Part shown: piece after piece, positions 26,141 to 40,994 of the stretch | Layout of the letters: every line of letters begins with the position of its first letter | Position numbering within the stretch: the first letter of the stretch is position 1 | Assembly: GCA_951406725.2 (NCBI GenBank) | Contig: OX597828.1 | Coordinates: 9,176,001-9,240,000, forward strand | Origin: Octopus vulgaris | Lineage: Eukaryota | DNA length: 64,000 nucleotides | Reading direction: 5' to 3' | The notes under the pieces: model-generated | Told to the model about the DNA's origin: nothing | The model's input: the letters and a program-made list of their open reading frames with translations, nothing else | The model's database searches: none | Made by a program: the position numbers and the translations under genes

Positions 26141-26692
26141 CATTCACACACATACACACACACTCACACACATACACATACACACACACATATATATATA
26201 TATATATACATACACACACACACACACACACATATATATGTATATATATATATATATATATATACATATATACACACACAGCGGTTTAGAGAGATACACA
26301 GAGAAGCAGATAAAAAGACAGACAGCTAGAAGGCATATATCGTAACTACATATGTGTGTTAAAATGGTTGAATTCGTTCGTAAGCTTAACATGTTGGATA
26401 TTTGTTAATATTATACAGCAAACAGAAAATGTTCCAAGTATATTCATATTGCAAAAATAAAATAAAATAAAATAAACAACTGAAATCTGTTCAATCACAA
26501 TGCACCAGAAATGAGATTTCATTCAACAGTATGCACATGCCTTATGCTGAGTAAATAACGCAGTGCAAAAGTATTTTAATTGCACCTAAACATGTAACTT
26601 GGATATGACTAATGAATGACTAATCATGGAAATCCTTTGTTAATTCATTAATTGCACGTATAATGTAGGAATGCATGAATTTTGTATAGGTA

Positions 26693-26753
<61 letters not shown>

Positions 26754-27201
26754 GTGTGTGTGTGCGTGTGTAGAAGGTTGAAAAGTAACACGAGATGATA
26801 TGTATAAGGAAAATAAGACGGTAGAAAATGCTAAAATAATTTTGTCATGAAATACTTTTTGCAAAGGCATTTCATGAAGAAGAAGAAGAAGAAGAAGAAG
26901 AAGAAGAAGAAGAAGAAGAAGAAGAACAGTTCCCACCGCTATTGCTAAAACTACAACAGGTCACTTTTAGGGGATTTGACTATTAAAGTAGATCCCACGG
27001 ACAGCTCTACTACTTGGTCATACAACACCTGTCTTTTTTATTTTATTCCTTTCTTTCCTTCCTTTTCTTCTTATCCGTCTCCCTTCTCGTCTGCTGCTGC
27101 TGCTTCTTAAACCATCAAACTTCAGAACCAAACATTTCTCTGCACGCATAAATACGATTACTACAGATCTGCTACTACCTACCGAGCCTTCACAAAGTAA
27201 A

Positions 27202-27266
<65 letters not shown>

Positions 27267-27505
27267 GAGAGAGAGAGAGAGAGAGTAAAAACAAAGGAAA
27301 ATGTCCTACCTATTTGAAGACTATGGAAATATTTACAAAACACTTCATTTAAATTTTTCTTCAATTTAATGTATTTTCTTGATTTATTGCGAGTTGAAAA
27401 AGTCGAAAAGATTGAAATCTATTTCGTGATAAAATTCTTTTGCTATTTTCTACCTTAGTTTCCTTTATATGTACATACATTCATACATACATACATATAT
27501 GTATA

Positions 27506-27562
<57 letters not shown>

Positions 27563-27600
27563 CATTTATATACATATATATACATATATTCTAACAAAAA

Positions 27601-27638
27601 CTGTCCGATGAACGGCAACGGGAAACTCAGAGTAACAG
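27601..27638 (+). ncRNA. Minimal type I hammerhead motif (U4C core) in an ~80-bp insert within (TA)n
   Basis: ctgt-CCGATGA-acg gcaa cgg-GAAA-ctcagag-TA-acag. Confidence 0.72.
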
Positions 27639-27665
27639 GTTGTGTTGAATTTTCTGCTGCTTTTA

Positions 27666-27712
<47 letters not shown>

Positions 27713-27736
27713 GTGTGTGTGATTGTGTATAGAAGA

Positions 27737-28171
27737 ATATATTAATAAAAAGAATTCCAACCTTGTCTGATTTTCACGTTTTATTTACAATCTTATAATG
27801 ATATATTATAAGATAATATATTATAATTGAATAAAATAAAATAAAATGAAATAGTAGAATGTTAAATATTCATTCTGATTGAACTAGTACTTTCATGCAT
27901 TGAATTCTGCAATCTTCGGGTTCATGTAGTAGTGTTGACAGTCATGCTTCACAATTTTTGACTGTGTGAAGCATGACTGTCAACACTACTACATGAACCC
28001 GAAGATTGCAGAATTCAATGCATGAAAGTACTAGTTCAATCAGAATGAATATTTAACATTCTACTATTTCATTTTATTTTATTTTATTCAATTATAATAT
28101 ATTATCTTATAATATATCATTATAAGATTGTAAATAAAACGTGAAAATCAGACAAGGTTGGAATTTTTTTA

Positions 28172-28180
<9 letters not shown>
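27737..28180. repeat. Near-perfect 444-bp palindrome (~217-bp arms, 11-nt loop)
   Basis: Arms 27737-27953 and 27965-28180; only one indel seen. Confidence 0.95.
27994..28038 (+). ncRNA. Minimal type I hammerhead motif (U4C core); mirror copy at 27880-27924 (-)
   Basis: tgaac-CCGAAGA-ttgca gaattcaa tgcat-GAAA-gtac-TA-gttca; palindromic stem III AGTACT. Confidence 0.75.
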
Positions 28181-28239
<59 letters not shown>

Positions 28240-28600
28240 GATGATTATGCCTTTTAGGTATGTATATAGGAGTAGGTACATGCATGCACTAACGGAACTC
28301 AGATGTGTACATTCGTCCTTAAATAGCGGGCGTACTTTATAGAATGTTTTGGTGAAAAGCATTCTGCTTACAGCAAATTGGATTGTATGTCCTTCTTCGA
28401 TTCCTGGAAGATACCGATTTCGTGCTTATAAATTATTAGCTCAAGTACAAATTAGAAATTTAATCCGCTATGCTTTTCTCAAAGATTCGCACTTTGTATC
28501 TCTTTCACAAGTCTCAATGTCGCACTGTTTAAATATTATTTATAGTTAAATGTTTGCTTTCTTTTATTAATTAAATAAAGTATTTCAACTGATTTTATTT

Positions 28601-28636
<36 letters not shown>

Positions 28637-28643
<7 letters not shown>

Positions 28644-28940
28644 ATCACGTGACCGACAAGGCTATCAGATGTTGCTACACATCGCTGGTCACAATTCGCT
28701 TCGAATTGTTTTAGCCTTCAAATGACGCCACCCCGCTGGCTAAGTGAGCAGGCCAACAGAAGAAAGAGTGAGAGAAAGTTGCGGCGAAAGAGAACAGCAG
28801 GGGTCGCCACCCTTCCTGCCGGAGCATCGTGGGGCTTTAGGTGTTTTCGCTCATTAAACACGCACAAGCCCGTTCTGGGAATCGAAACCGCGATCCTCCG
28901 ACCGCGAGTCCGTTGCCCTAACCACTGAGCCATTGCGCCT

Positions 28941-28942
<2 letters not shown>
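28637..28942 (-). mobile_element. tRNA-derived SINE family C
   Basis: Head GGAGGCGCAATGGCTCAGTGGTTAGGG...GGTTTCGATTCCC; body shared with 37022-37335. Confidence 0.88.
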
Positions 28943-29020
<78 letters not shown>

Positions 29021-29149
29021 TATTTTGGAAATATCGCTGCATTTTAGTATAAAGTAAAATAGACAATATATAGCGTAGGACATGATATATTCTAGGAAGG
29101 AACTGGCAGATGCTTATTTGAAAGTATTGTGAAATAAGATAAAAACAGA

Positions 29150-31300
29150 ATTAATATCACAAAGAAAATATACTAACTCGAAACTGCTATGGGCAATGGC
29201 GATTCTTTGACTGAGCAGGGAAGACAAAATATATTGTATACTTCATATATTGAAGACGTATTAAATTCGATTTCGGGAACGTACCGAAATATGTAATATC
29301 TTTATTGGTTCCGAAGCTATAGCATAAATACGCAGGTCGATGGTTGCAGAATATCCGCTTTTCTTTGAAATATAAATATTTATGTCAGAAAAATAATATT
29401 GAGATCTATACATATTTCAATATAAGTATATATGCAAGAATTAAATAAGTCCAGTGCATCATTCCAATTATACGAGATGTGCACTTTAATTTCTGATACA
29501 AATTTATAAGAATAACAATAACTCTCACAATTTTTGACGCAAGAGATTTCTGGAAACCATCCACGGGACCCGATACAAAAGTTCCCCGCAACAGACCAAG
29601 CAATCAATACGAGAACGTCATCACACATGGCTGCCACTAATACGCTATAAAGAGCAGAGAGGAAATTCTACCAACCGCATTGCTAGCCTGGCAAAGTGGT
29701 ACGAACGCATCAAGAAGCGGTAGGTGTTAATCTTCCTCGATCAACGTTCAGGACTGTAGTTTACTCAAAGAAACGTTGAAAAGCGAGTCTCACAAACAGT
29801 AACCTCACCTGCATTCCGTCAAAGAACTTTGGAGAAATCGCAGCCGCAGTGCATGTGTGTAGAACACCAGCTACAGTATACTTCGTATTCCACTCAGTGG
29901 ATGTTAATAGGTAATGGTGCGCCTATACCAGGAGCCGCGGAAGCACAGGCACTGCGGTCCTTTACGTTGTGAGATTGAGCTGAGAACGATGGGTGGAAAT
30001 ATAGGGCAGAGAGGATATTAGCGTTCGCCAACGATATTTCAGGGCTGACTTACTTTCGGCTAAACTGTGAGATTGGCGTCCTACATGTCAACTAGTCTCG
30101 TCGGTTAATATGTACTTGCCTTTACAGATGCCGAGCTGTGGACTCTAATTTTGTTGATAATTTTGTTGATAATATTTTCTTCTGGTACCACCTCTAAGTC
30201 CATTAGATTAGTGTCGATCATCTTTGCGCTTGGTTTCCCACATAATGGCGTCGACATTTTCCGAGTAAAGTGAGGCAAAAAAGTTGTTGAACATTCTCAC
30301 TCAAGTGGATTATCCTCAGTGTCTCTTGAGTCAGTACAAACAAAGAGAAAAGAGGACGGGTAGAACATATGAGGTTAAATTGTAAATGGTTCCGATAGGT
30401 GAACTTTAATCCTAACCAAGCAGATTCCAGTCACAGGAAACAGAACCGAAACCAACAGCCAATAGAACAGCTGCGTTCGTGGTTGACGCTATCTACAATA
30501 TTTGACGAACTACATATATCAGGGCCTCTCCTTGCCCCGTTTTTTACCTACCCTCTCTATGATATATCATGAAGTGGTTATTGATGTGAATAGATTTGCT
30601 TGGGCTGGCAAATGTTTGCGCATTACCAGTTAGACTCCCGAGAGCAAGAACTACCTTCTTCGCTGACACATTAACCAAAAGTTTGAAATCTGCATTTAAC
30701 AGAGTTTGGGACTTTAAAATATAGATTTGATCCCCCTTGTTGGGCTATTTTCTTAACAATGCAACTGTTCCTTTACTCAGAGGGCTAGGAATTTCCCCCA
30801 TTCTGCTACCAGATTCTTTAGATATCCACCAAGAGGTCTCGAAACAAATCTGGAAAATAAAATCAAAGGTCGTAGGGTAGGCAATCCAAAGTAGGTCAGT
30901 TGTCTAATGTGCAGCCAACCATAGTTTCCAGTATTTCTGCGGTTCTTATCCTTATCCCGTTTCAGAACACTCCACTTCTTTGCTGAAAATCGAGGCATGT
31001 TATAGAGACAAACAGTAATATATCCTGCTTTCCGATCCGCCATCCCTCCCCACCAGTCGAACAGGTCTACACCCACCTATGTTCCAATAAATCTCGGATT
31101 GTAACTCTGTTGCCACGTTGCGCATCCCTCACTCGTGTCCATTTAGTAAGCTTTTCTCCTCGTGTCTGAGAACACACGCTTTAGCTCTGAAAATGCAGCC
31201 TAGCACTTCGCGTTGTAAAATTGGTCACAAGCCAATTCTCGGTTGCAATGCCTTTCCAAAGTGCTGCTTCTAAGTTACTAAGTTTTCTGTTATTCGATTT
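29150..31300 (-). mobile_element. Highly decayed Ty3/Gypsy-like pol remnant
   Basis: Raised GC and no microsatellites. Minus-strand fragments AWS..SGPVDG..FPEI (integrase-like), SLTEC..LLF and KMIDTNL. No LTRs seen. Confidence 0.35.
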
Positions 31301-33464
31301 CTCGTTACCTCTACAGTTTTACTAAACCTAATTGATTCTCATCTAATCATCTCTTTCTTTCAGTGCAAAAAGATCCATCACGTCAGCGCCCCGTTGACTA
31401 CTTCGTTACTCTTCTATCTGTATGTTCAGCATCCAATTATTTAGCGCCTGCTTTGTAGGCCTATATACGCCGGATGTGCTGTTTGCAAGTTTGAGGTCAC
31501 TTTAACCGATTAATTCGAATTAAGGGCATTCTACATGACTTGATACGCTCTGTCCATATCCGCATCAACACATTTGGGGTATCCATTCACTACCTGCCGA
31601 ATAATTGGAGGCATTTAATATACTCCTATCTTATCAACTAACGTCAGACTGTCCAAATGTTCGTCTAAGATAGTGCTCGAAATAACAACTAGGGGTAAAG
31701 GTTGAGATGGTCCTAAGAACATTCCTGACTGAACGTTGCCCTACAATGTTACAAATGTCTAGTTCCAGTAGCTTACCACTTGGCTCCTAGATGGTGGTTA
31801 ACATAGTGAGATCCGGACCTATATGAAAATGATCAACTGCACGTTCCGATCCTGTTCGATTTGCAAGTTCGTAGCAGAATTGTTGGAATTCTAGACATTC
31901 ATATCTAGCATGTGAGTTCGTTGAATCGATGGCCTAGCTTTCGAGAGGGTACGAAACCATGTGCCGATTCCAATTGAAATACAAGCAGATGGAAACAAGT
32001 GAGAAAGGGCAAGTTGTCTTATTCGTGTGGACAGACATGTCCGCTTTCTACAGCTTGCACTAGACGTTTTCACAACAAAAGTTTTATATAAATTTTTGTT
32101 AATATTTAATCAGACGTTTCTTACTGTGTCGAGATATTTGTTCCATGGAATGAATGTTTTGTGACATTTTATTATTTCTACGTGTATTCGTAGCATAGGC
32201 GTCAATGTTATGTAGTTAACGTGTGCTATACTTATATAAGATTCTTGCGATTCTTTAATCTGCTGTTACTTTTTTTATGACCACCTTGTTAATTTCTGAT
32301 TTTTGGTGTATGCATGTGTGTTTTCTTGGGGGGGGGGGGGCGTGTAAATTACATTGTGCATGTATTTTTTCTATTGGTAGTGCTTTGCTAATGAAGATTT
32401 TCTCCTTACTGTTGCTGGTATTATAACTAGAACTAAATACTTCTATTGTCTTGTGTGGTGGGAGGTTTTGACTGCGAAAAACAGTTTCATATTCAAATCA
32501 AACTCTTACCTTCCTTTGTTGTTAGCAAAGCAGAAAAGTTATTTGTATGGAAATCATTTTGAAATTCATTGCTTTGCTTTGAACTTCTTTCAAAATTTTG
32601 CCTATTGACCTACTAACAAATAATTTTAATCAATCTGTTTTAAAATTGCTCAACTTAAGAAAAAGTCGGACTAATAAAATCAACAAAAGCAACACCCGAT
32701 AAATAAAGGAAAACGAGTTACAATCTCAATGGAGGTTCAACAAGTTATGCTTTACTGATGAACAACAACCGCAAAAACAAAAACAAAAATAAAACAGAAT
32801 AAAAAGGAGGATAGCGATGATGAGGAGGCTGTCGTTGGCGACAGGGATGCTGATTTCACTATTACGTAAAAGGGCTCAAATAAGTCAAAATATTTAGAAT
32901 GTCAGCAGGAAAAATATTGGCATTCACGTATTGAAGTGATAATAATAACATAACAGCAGAATTATAACAATGTCATCCAACTGAAATGATTGCTGCTTAG
33001 AGCCAATTAAAGAATTTAACAGAATCAGATTGATCTGAATGACCAAGAATCTTATTTCACACTGCGTTTCCCAACATCTAGATCCATGCTGAAATTAGAC
33101 TCATTTACATGTACATATGTTCTAGTCTTATTCACCTTTCAATGAAATTAAGAGGCCAACAACTACCTTTCCACCCACAATTTTTTCTCTAAATTACATT
33201 TTTAAACATTGATGGAAGCTTATGGGAAATAAAAAGTTTCTTGTTCACCCAAATTAAGTTTTCAACGTAACCACTAGACAGAAGAAATATGTTTTCTATT
33301 CTTGATTAAAGTAAGCCAATGTGTCAATTTACACGATGGATTGAACTGAAAGCGCAACTACCCTCGGTTGGATCAGAAATGTGAATAAAATGAGCAAGGA
33401 CAAATACGGCAAGGAATTTTACCGATCCTCCAACGTTTCTTCAAATGCATTGTATAATAAACTC

Positions 33465-33845
33465 TTTCTAATTTAAGTATAACGCCTGAGCGTTGAAATA
33501 AAAATTAAGTGGAAATATCGACATATATATCTCAATGGTACGTTATTTTATTGACTGCGAAGTAAGAAAGGGCTAGCATAACATTGGTGGGATTTCAAAT
33601 CATTACGAAAGGATATATACTCAATGTTGCATGGCGTTTTCCCAATTTTGTCGAGCAAAGGCCCGACAACAATTTCTTCCTTTGTGCATGGCATCCCAAT
33701 TTAGGCGCTGTTTGAATCCATTAAATCGATTATAACCGAGATTGCCTGTGTGCTTTACTTTATCGATTTAGGCGAGATGAACTGCAACGTCGTTATCGGC
33801 AGGATTTGAATTCGGGACGTAATAGACTGGAAGAAATGTATTGAC
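33465..33845 (-). mobile_element. Old SINE family A copies
   Basis: 'tttatcgatttaggcgagatgaactgcaacgtcg..cggcaggatttgaa'. Confidence 0.5.
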
Positions 33846-34133
33846 GTGTCTGATGATAAGTGAGTGTGCGTATATCTGTTTGTGTGTTTGTAAGTGTCCC
33901 TTTGTGAGTGAATCCGACTATATGTGTACGCAAGTGCTTCTTTTTTCGCAAGCGGTTTACATGAATGTATATACCAAATATGAACTTACCTCTACTCTAA
34001 AATGTAAGTCAAATGTCGATACATAAAGGTTTTGCTCTATATACTTATCTCACTAAATATACTGCTACTTCAATGTGCACCAACACGCAAAGGAACATAC
34101 ATGATCTCTCTTTCTCACACACATGTATATATG

Positions 34134-34220
<87 letters not shown>

Positions 34221-34289
34221 ATATAAGCATGTATAAATATATATATATATTATAAATATATATATATATATGTATATCTATTACTATAT

Positions 34290-34351
<62 letters not shown>

Positions 34352-35012
34352 ATGTATATATATACACATACATACATATATATATATACACACATATACA
34401 TATAGGTTTGTAGTTTGTATGTACACATGCATATGTTTGTGTTTGCAGATGTGTTAGTTTTGTTTGTGTTTGTGTGTGTAGTCGTGTGCGAGTGTCTGTC
34501 TAGTTGTAAGTTAGTAAGGAGATTAAGCTAAGTTCAGTTCAGCAAGAATTATATAGATATATAGAAAAACTATCGGACATATCACAGTTCTCGTAATTCT
34601 ATACAAATCAACCGACGACAGATGGAATGTTATTTTCTATGCAATAATATATCGGTTATTTTTATGATGTCTTAGTCTGGAAGCTTTCATAAAATGGACA
34701 TAAACTACGCCACCATTCTTCAAAACTAACGGCTTGATATTCGTTAGCGTTTTCGTCATGCTTCAGTGAGTATAGCGGCAGTAGACGATAATAGTGACTA
34801 GCAATGAGGATGACGTTGCTTATTATCTGATTATATAGCCTTCTACTGGCTTTCATTCATTCTTAATAATATTTGCTTAACATTTTATGTTTGGCTACTT
34901 TGTGTATGTACATGTATATATTTGTAAGCATGCATGTTTCTATGTGGATGTATTTGTGTGTGAGTGCGTGTGAATGTGAACACATATATAGATATTTGTA
35001 TATGGTATAATG

Positions 35013-35061
<49 letters not shown>

Positions 35062-35164
35062 GTATATATATATATGTGTGTGTGTGTGTATGTATATATA
35101 TATGTATATGTATATATATGTATATATGTATATGTATATATACATGTTAATGCATATATATATG

Positions 35165-35202
<38 letters not shown>

Positions 35203-35498
35203 GTGGGGTATTATGCATGTAAGTATACAGACATAAATACATAAATACCTTTACGTATTAATGCACGTACATATATACAAATTTACGTATAATTATAGAA
35301 TTGAATATGTGTGTATGAGTATCTGCGTGTGTGTGTGTGCGTGCTTTCCTCTGTGTGTGTGAGAATGGGTGTGTGTTTGAGTGAGTGTGTGTGTGCGTGC
35401 GTGCATGTCCGCGCCTGTCTGTATGAGTATGTATACATGCTTATGCTTACGTATTTATGTATAGACAAATAAATGTATGCTAGAAATGTATGCAATAT

Positions 35499-35537
<39 letters not shown>

Positions 35538-35841
35538 ATGTATATATATGTAAAGTTACATACATACACATGCATATATATATATACGCATGTACATAGA
35601 TATATACACATGTACATACATACGTACAAACATACACACATAGATATATATATATATATATATATACATATGCATATACCTACGCATACAGACACACGCA
35701 CATACACACACATCACGCACACATAGACAACCACACACACATACACATACATAGATAAATACATAAACGGTATTTATAAACATCTATATATATATATGTG
35801 TGTGTCTATTCGCTATGAAACATTACTTACATACATACTAA

Positions 35842-35872
<31 letters not shown>

Positions 35873-35895
35873 ATGTGCATATATGTACACATATA

Positions 35896-35938
<43 letters not shown>

Positions 35939-36022
35939 ATTTGTACATGCATTTATGCATTTGTGTATGTATGTACATACATATATATATTATAAATATA
36001 TTTACATATATACATATACATT

Positions 36023-36109
<87 letters not shown>

Positions 36110-37021
36110 GTTACAATGCGTACATACATAATCATTTAGACATATATTTATATATGTATACATATAAATCAGAAAGAGAGTAGCAATTTAAAGAGCTCTA
36201 TTGAATAATTAATGAGTTCTATGAAAAATATTCTTAATGGTGAAATATTGAAGATACTGCATTTCACTTATCCCGTTTATCATATTTTAGTGATAAGATA
36301 AAAATTATATTAAGTCAACTTGCCTATAAAACTGTGAGGTACTATATTTTGAAATAGTCATAATTGGAAGTGATTTATGTCAATTGGAATCTGCATAGTT
36401 ATTCTGAGTTTAATAAAGCACAAAATCAAAGTTATTCACATGTAAGTAATCGCCTACATGTAAAAGAACATTATATCTGGAGACTGTTAGGATAGAAAAA
36501 TATTCATGCTCTACTGTGTAGAAAACTTTGAGATGACTGTAATAATAAAGTAGAAATACCTTCATATTTTTCTTTCTTTAAATGGGACATACTGAATTTG
36601 TTTTGTCACTTTGTTATTTATTATGTGTTGCCTAATCTTTGTGAAGACTGATATTTCGTGAATGTTGCATGCAGTTAGTCAATGGAACACTATTTTTGAA
36701 ATGACAATCATCAAAGAATAAGAGCTAAAGCTGTATATATCAACGCTGAAGTGAAGTAAAATGTGTTCGAACTCTGGCTCCGTAGTCATAAATTTTAGTC
36801 GACGAGTGAGACTCACCGTGGGTGTTGATCGAACTTCTAGACCAGCGCTTCTCCACCATTTTTCTCTAGTAGACTCCCTTCATACTTGTTTCAGACAGAA
36901 GAACCCCATAGCCATTTGGCGTTTAAAAAGTCCTATTTGCTTTTGATAACTAAGTATTACTAAGAAATATATAAAAATTATTAAACTCTTTTGTGTATCG
37001 TACAAGTATAACCAATTTATT

Positions 37022-37335
37022 TTCTATTTAAGCGCCCTTTTCAAGCCTAGCCAGGCTTATGGGCCCGGTTTCCCATTTTCTATGGCGTATGGGTTTCCTT
37101 CAGCTGGACGGGACGCCAGTCCATCGCAGCGTTACTCAAGAAACAAGAAGACAGAGAAAGAGAAAGTTGGGGCGAAAGAGTACAACAGGGGTCACCACCA
37201 CCCCTGCCAGAGCCTCGTTGAGCTTTAGGTGTTTTCGCTCAATAAAAACACACAACGCCCGGTCTGGGAATCAAAACCGCGATCCTATGACCGCGAGTCC
37301 GCTGCCCTAACCACTGGGCCATTGCGCCTCCACAC
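37022..37335 (-). mobile_element. SINE family C with 14-bp TSD
   Basis: TSD ataaccaatttatt at 37008-37021 and 37336-37349; tRNA-like head. Confidence 0.92.
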
Positions 37336-38623
37336 ATAACCAATTTATTGCACAAATATTTTTAACGATACAGGAACCCCCAAGGGCAATGTGAACTCTT
37401 GTTGAGAATCAATGTTCTAGATAAAGCAACGAAATCGTTCAGGAATTACACTCAACTGTCTTATAGATAGATAACCGGTTGCACAGGTAGAGTTTCAGGT
37501 AATAAGCTACGTGCATACAGCTAGGTTAGTTTTGACCAATGGATTGCTCGTTTAGACCTTACCAAATTCTAAATCTAGCACATCGGTTAAATTATTCTGA
37601 ACGAATTTTTTCTGGAAATACATCGCACTTATATACGTCTACATATTGACATATATATTTTTTAGGTATAAGCTCTAGATTGTTCTCCGCTGTTTGCAAG
37701 TAAATTTCGAAATCTCATCGAGCTGTTGAAACAAATTCAATATACAAATTCAAAGGAAATATAAGTTGTGAAACCTTATTATTTCTTTAAAAGCATTCTC
37801 CACGCATAAAGAAACATTTTTCTAACATATCACATATACTTCGCTGATAAAACATATTCTTCTTTATTCATAAAATACATGCAACTGAAGAATTAGCTAT
37901 TTTATATTTGATACACCCACTATGAATACCAGATGAAAGTTACTTCAATAATAAAACTGAAATTATTCTCAATACGCTTGACTATCTTTGAAGATGAGGT
38001 ACTACGTCAATTATGTAAACTTCACGATCTTTTCAATTTACAGATTCATCCAGCTTTATAGTTATTCAGGTAATTAAATAAAAATTCCATTTACAAAATC
38101 GTTTCAATCATTAGTTAGCATGTACCGCATCATCTCTATGGTTGACAATCATGAAAGTGTCATCATGCCAATAATTAACACACGAGTTTCTTTTTCTTTA
38201 TTATTTGTGAATTAGATAATTGTTTAATCACTTTACACTATATTTCTTTTTTTATCAATATCACTGTATAAACATAATGACTATCCTGATGTACAAGGAA
38301 GTATGATTCAACACCAGGGACTATATCAAGAATCTTGCAAAACAAATACAAAAAGTTAATAGTAGAAGTATTTTCAGTTCCTCCGCACTATCATATGCAC
38401 AAACTGGCCAAGTTCTTGTGTTCAACAGTCGTTCGTATTACCCGAAATTCACATCAAGTATTAACCACTAATGATCTCTTAATTTTCAAGAGATCAATTT
38501 CCTTATGCCGAATTGCAGTGTGTGTATGTTTGGTGGGGTGTAGATATAGATATTACAGCTTTGAGGAAGTGGTAATTTTTCTCCCTAAACAATGTTCATG
38601 CTATGCTGTTTAATACGCCTCTG

Positions 38624-39048
38624 GGATCTTTTCGGTTTGAATGGCAGTTTTTAACATAATTTCTAGGTAACTAAAAGATTTTAAACTTCGTATACTGGTA
38701 GAATGTGTTTATAAAATATCTTTTTCTCTTGGCTTTATTAAGAAAATTCTATAGTTTGTAAGATATATGTTGTGTTTCTTCAATTTCTGCAATTTCAACC
38801 AATCAGTGACGTCTATTGAGTTAAAAAGCATTCTGTGCCGTATGAATATGTCCCTCGTTTAAGAAACAGATTGGGTTTATTTACATTTGTGAAGAAACAA
38901 AGATACCCTTCCCCCACCCCTAACCCTAACCCTAACCCTAACCCTAAAAGAGATTGAAATGTAATTGATCGATTCTAGGGTCATAATTATGGGCGACAAT
39001 TTCATATGATACCGCTAGAAAAAACTGCCGTTCAAACCGAAAAGATCC
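38624..39048. mobile_element. MITE with 29-bp TIRs and internal (CCCTAA)5
   Basis: ggatcttttcggtttgaatggcagttttt / aaaaactgccgttcaaaccgaaaagatcc; flanking duplication (c/g)gcctctg. Confidence 0.9.
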
Positions 39049-40699
39049 GGCCTCTGAAAGTAGCGACTGAGATAAACGGTTAACTGGTTTAAATATTTTT
39101 CTCTGAATGGAACTCAGTATTCTAGCTTTCATCTTCAATATCAGTACCATATTTATGCTTCTCTTTCTCGACTCTAAAAATATAATTTGCAGGGCTGACC
39201 TTTGCTGAATTTGAACTCACAACAAGCAGATGTGCAACTCAGTAGTACATGGTAATTTGTTGGACATTTTGTCATTGTGCTACATTAATGATACTAATAA
39301 CGTCCGTTTTTCGCTTTCTTTGTGTTTTGCTCTCATTAATATATATGGCGTGAATGTGTGTGTATGTGTTCTTCTGTATGTGTACGTACGTGTCAGGATA
39401 TGTAGTTACTTTTGTAAACATAAAGAAGATTCAACGTAAAAAAGCACATAAAGACCGTCTATTGAAGAAGTAATTTAGAATTAAATAGATTTAGCATTAA
39501 AATTGATATTATTATTAATGTATTACTTTAGTGTAATTATGTGTTAGGCTTTTTTTTTTCAGGTCATTTGTAAATTAATTCCTTTCACTTGCAAAATATC
39601 AATTTTGTTATCAAAATGATTTCATTAAAATTTCGGTAAAAAGTATTACATTGTTCAAAAATTATCCTATTTAGATGAGATAAACCAATTTATTTTGTCT
39701 TGTAGCTAAAATTTATGTACCATAAAACAAACTTTATGAAGATTAAAAAAAAATATAACTTAAATAGTTTCATATAAATGTATTGTACTAGTAAAGTTAT
39801 TTTCTATTTATTTGACTTTTATGAGAAAGAATGATGATATTACATAATGTAACATTTAACTGATGAATAATTTGTAAATTTTATGGTGAAGTGAATTTTT
39901 TTGTATATTTAAGTCAAAAGCATGCTTCATTAATTAAACTACTTTTGCATTAAATACCTAAATTTAGCGAACTGACAACAATTTATCATTCAACCGTTAT
40001 AGCTGGCAGTCATTAACCTACACCGTTCTCTCCATGTGTGAACAAATATTTAAACGAACATAAAGTATACTTGAGCGGAAGTATCAATTTAATTTTTTAG
40101 CAACAATATGGCTGATGGGAAACACCTCAAGGGAGCGTTCTGCATATTAAGTACAAATACAGCAGTGCCTTGCATATGTAAAATTGAATAGAAAACTTTG
40201 ATTATCAGGTAATAGGTACAAAAATCTCTTTGTAGGGACACTTAAATTCTAAAAACAAAATACAAAACAATTTACCTTAAGTAAGAGCTGTCCAACGAAT
40301 TTTTTAAACAACATACAAAATACAATTTTTCGCAGAAAATTGTGGAACCAGCGAATATGTGTTCCGATTTTGTTAGACCACAGAAGACAAGCATACTCAA
40401 AATAGTACGCACGTAAGCGCAGGTACGGCTAAGAGGCGTCTTAGTTTCACTACTAGGCAATTTGGGTCAGTCACCTTTACTGTAGTCCCACGTCGACTTG
40501 TGAGGAGATTTGGCTGACAACGGCTATATTCCTGAAAAGATCGTCACCTGTAAATATGTCTACCTAGAGAAATCTGCGGATGGTTTAGCGAATCACTTAT
40601 GTATATAGAAATGATAAATAAGCCAGCGGCTTAACAATGTATCGCCAAGAAGGTAAACTGTAATTATTATTAAATATCACACACACACACACACACACA

Positions 40700-40775
<76 letters not shown>

Positions 40776-40894
40776 CTTCAATGGCTGAAATGTCACGTGG
40801 GCGAAAAGAACTTAATATGACCGCACAATGATTAAAAACTGAACATTTTATGATTATTCTCCGTTTTCTTTAAACTATAAATTATATGTGTGTG

Positions 40895-40994
<100 letters not shown>

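Noticed and set aside
26959-26996. Small hairpin as a possible pre-miRNA
   Set aside because: The stem is too short and bulged, and no known mature miRNA was recognised.
28870-28942. tRNA-like sequences (also 3078-3150, 37260-37331, 58985-59054)
   Set aside because: They continue into SINE bodies, two with TSDs, so they are SINE heads and not tRNA genes.
31380-32075. Possible LINE remnant on the + strand
   Set aside because: Motifs are too decayed to assign.
38918-38947. Telomere or chromosome fusion site
   Set aside because: Only five units, internal to a MITE.
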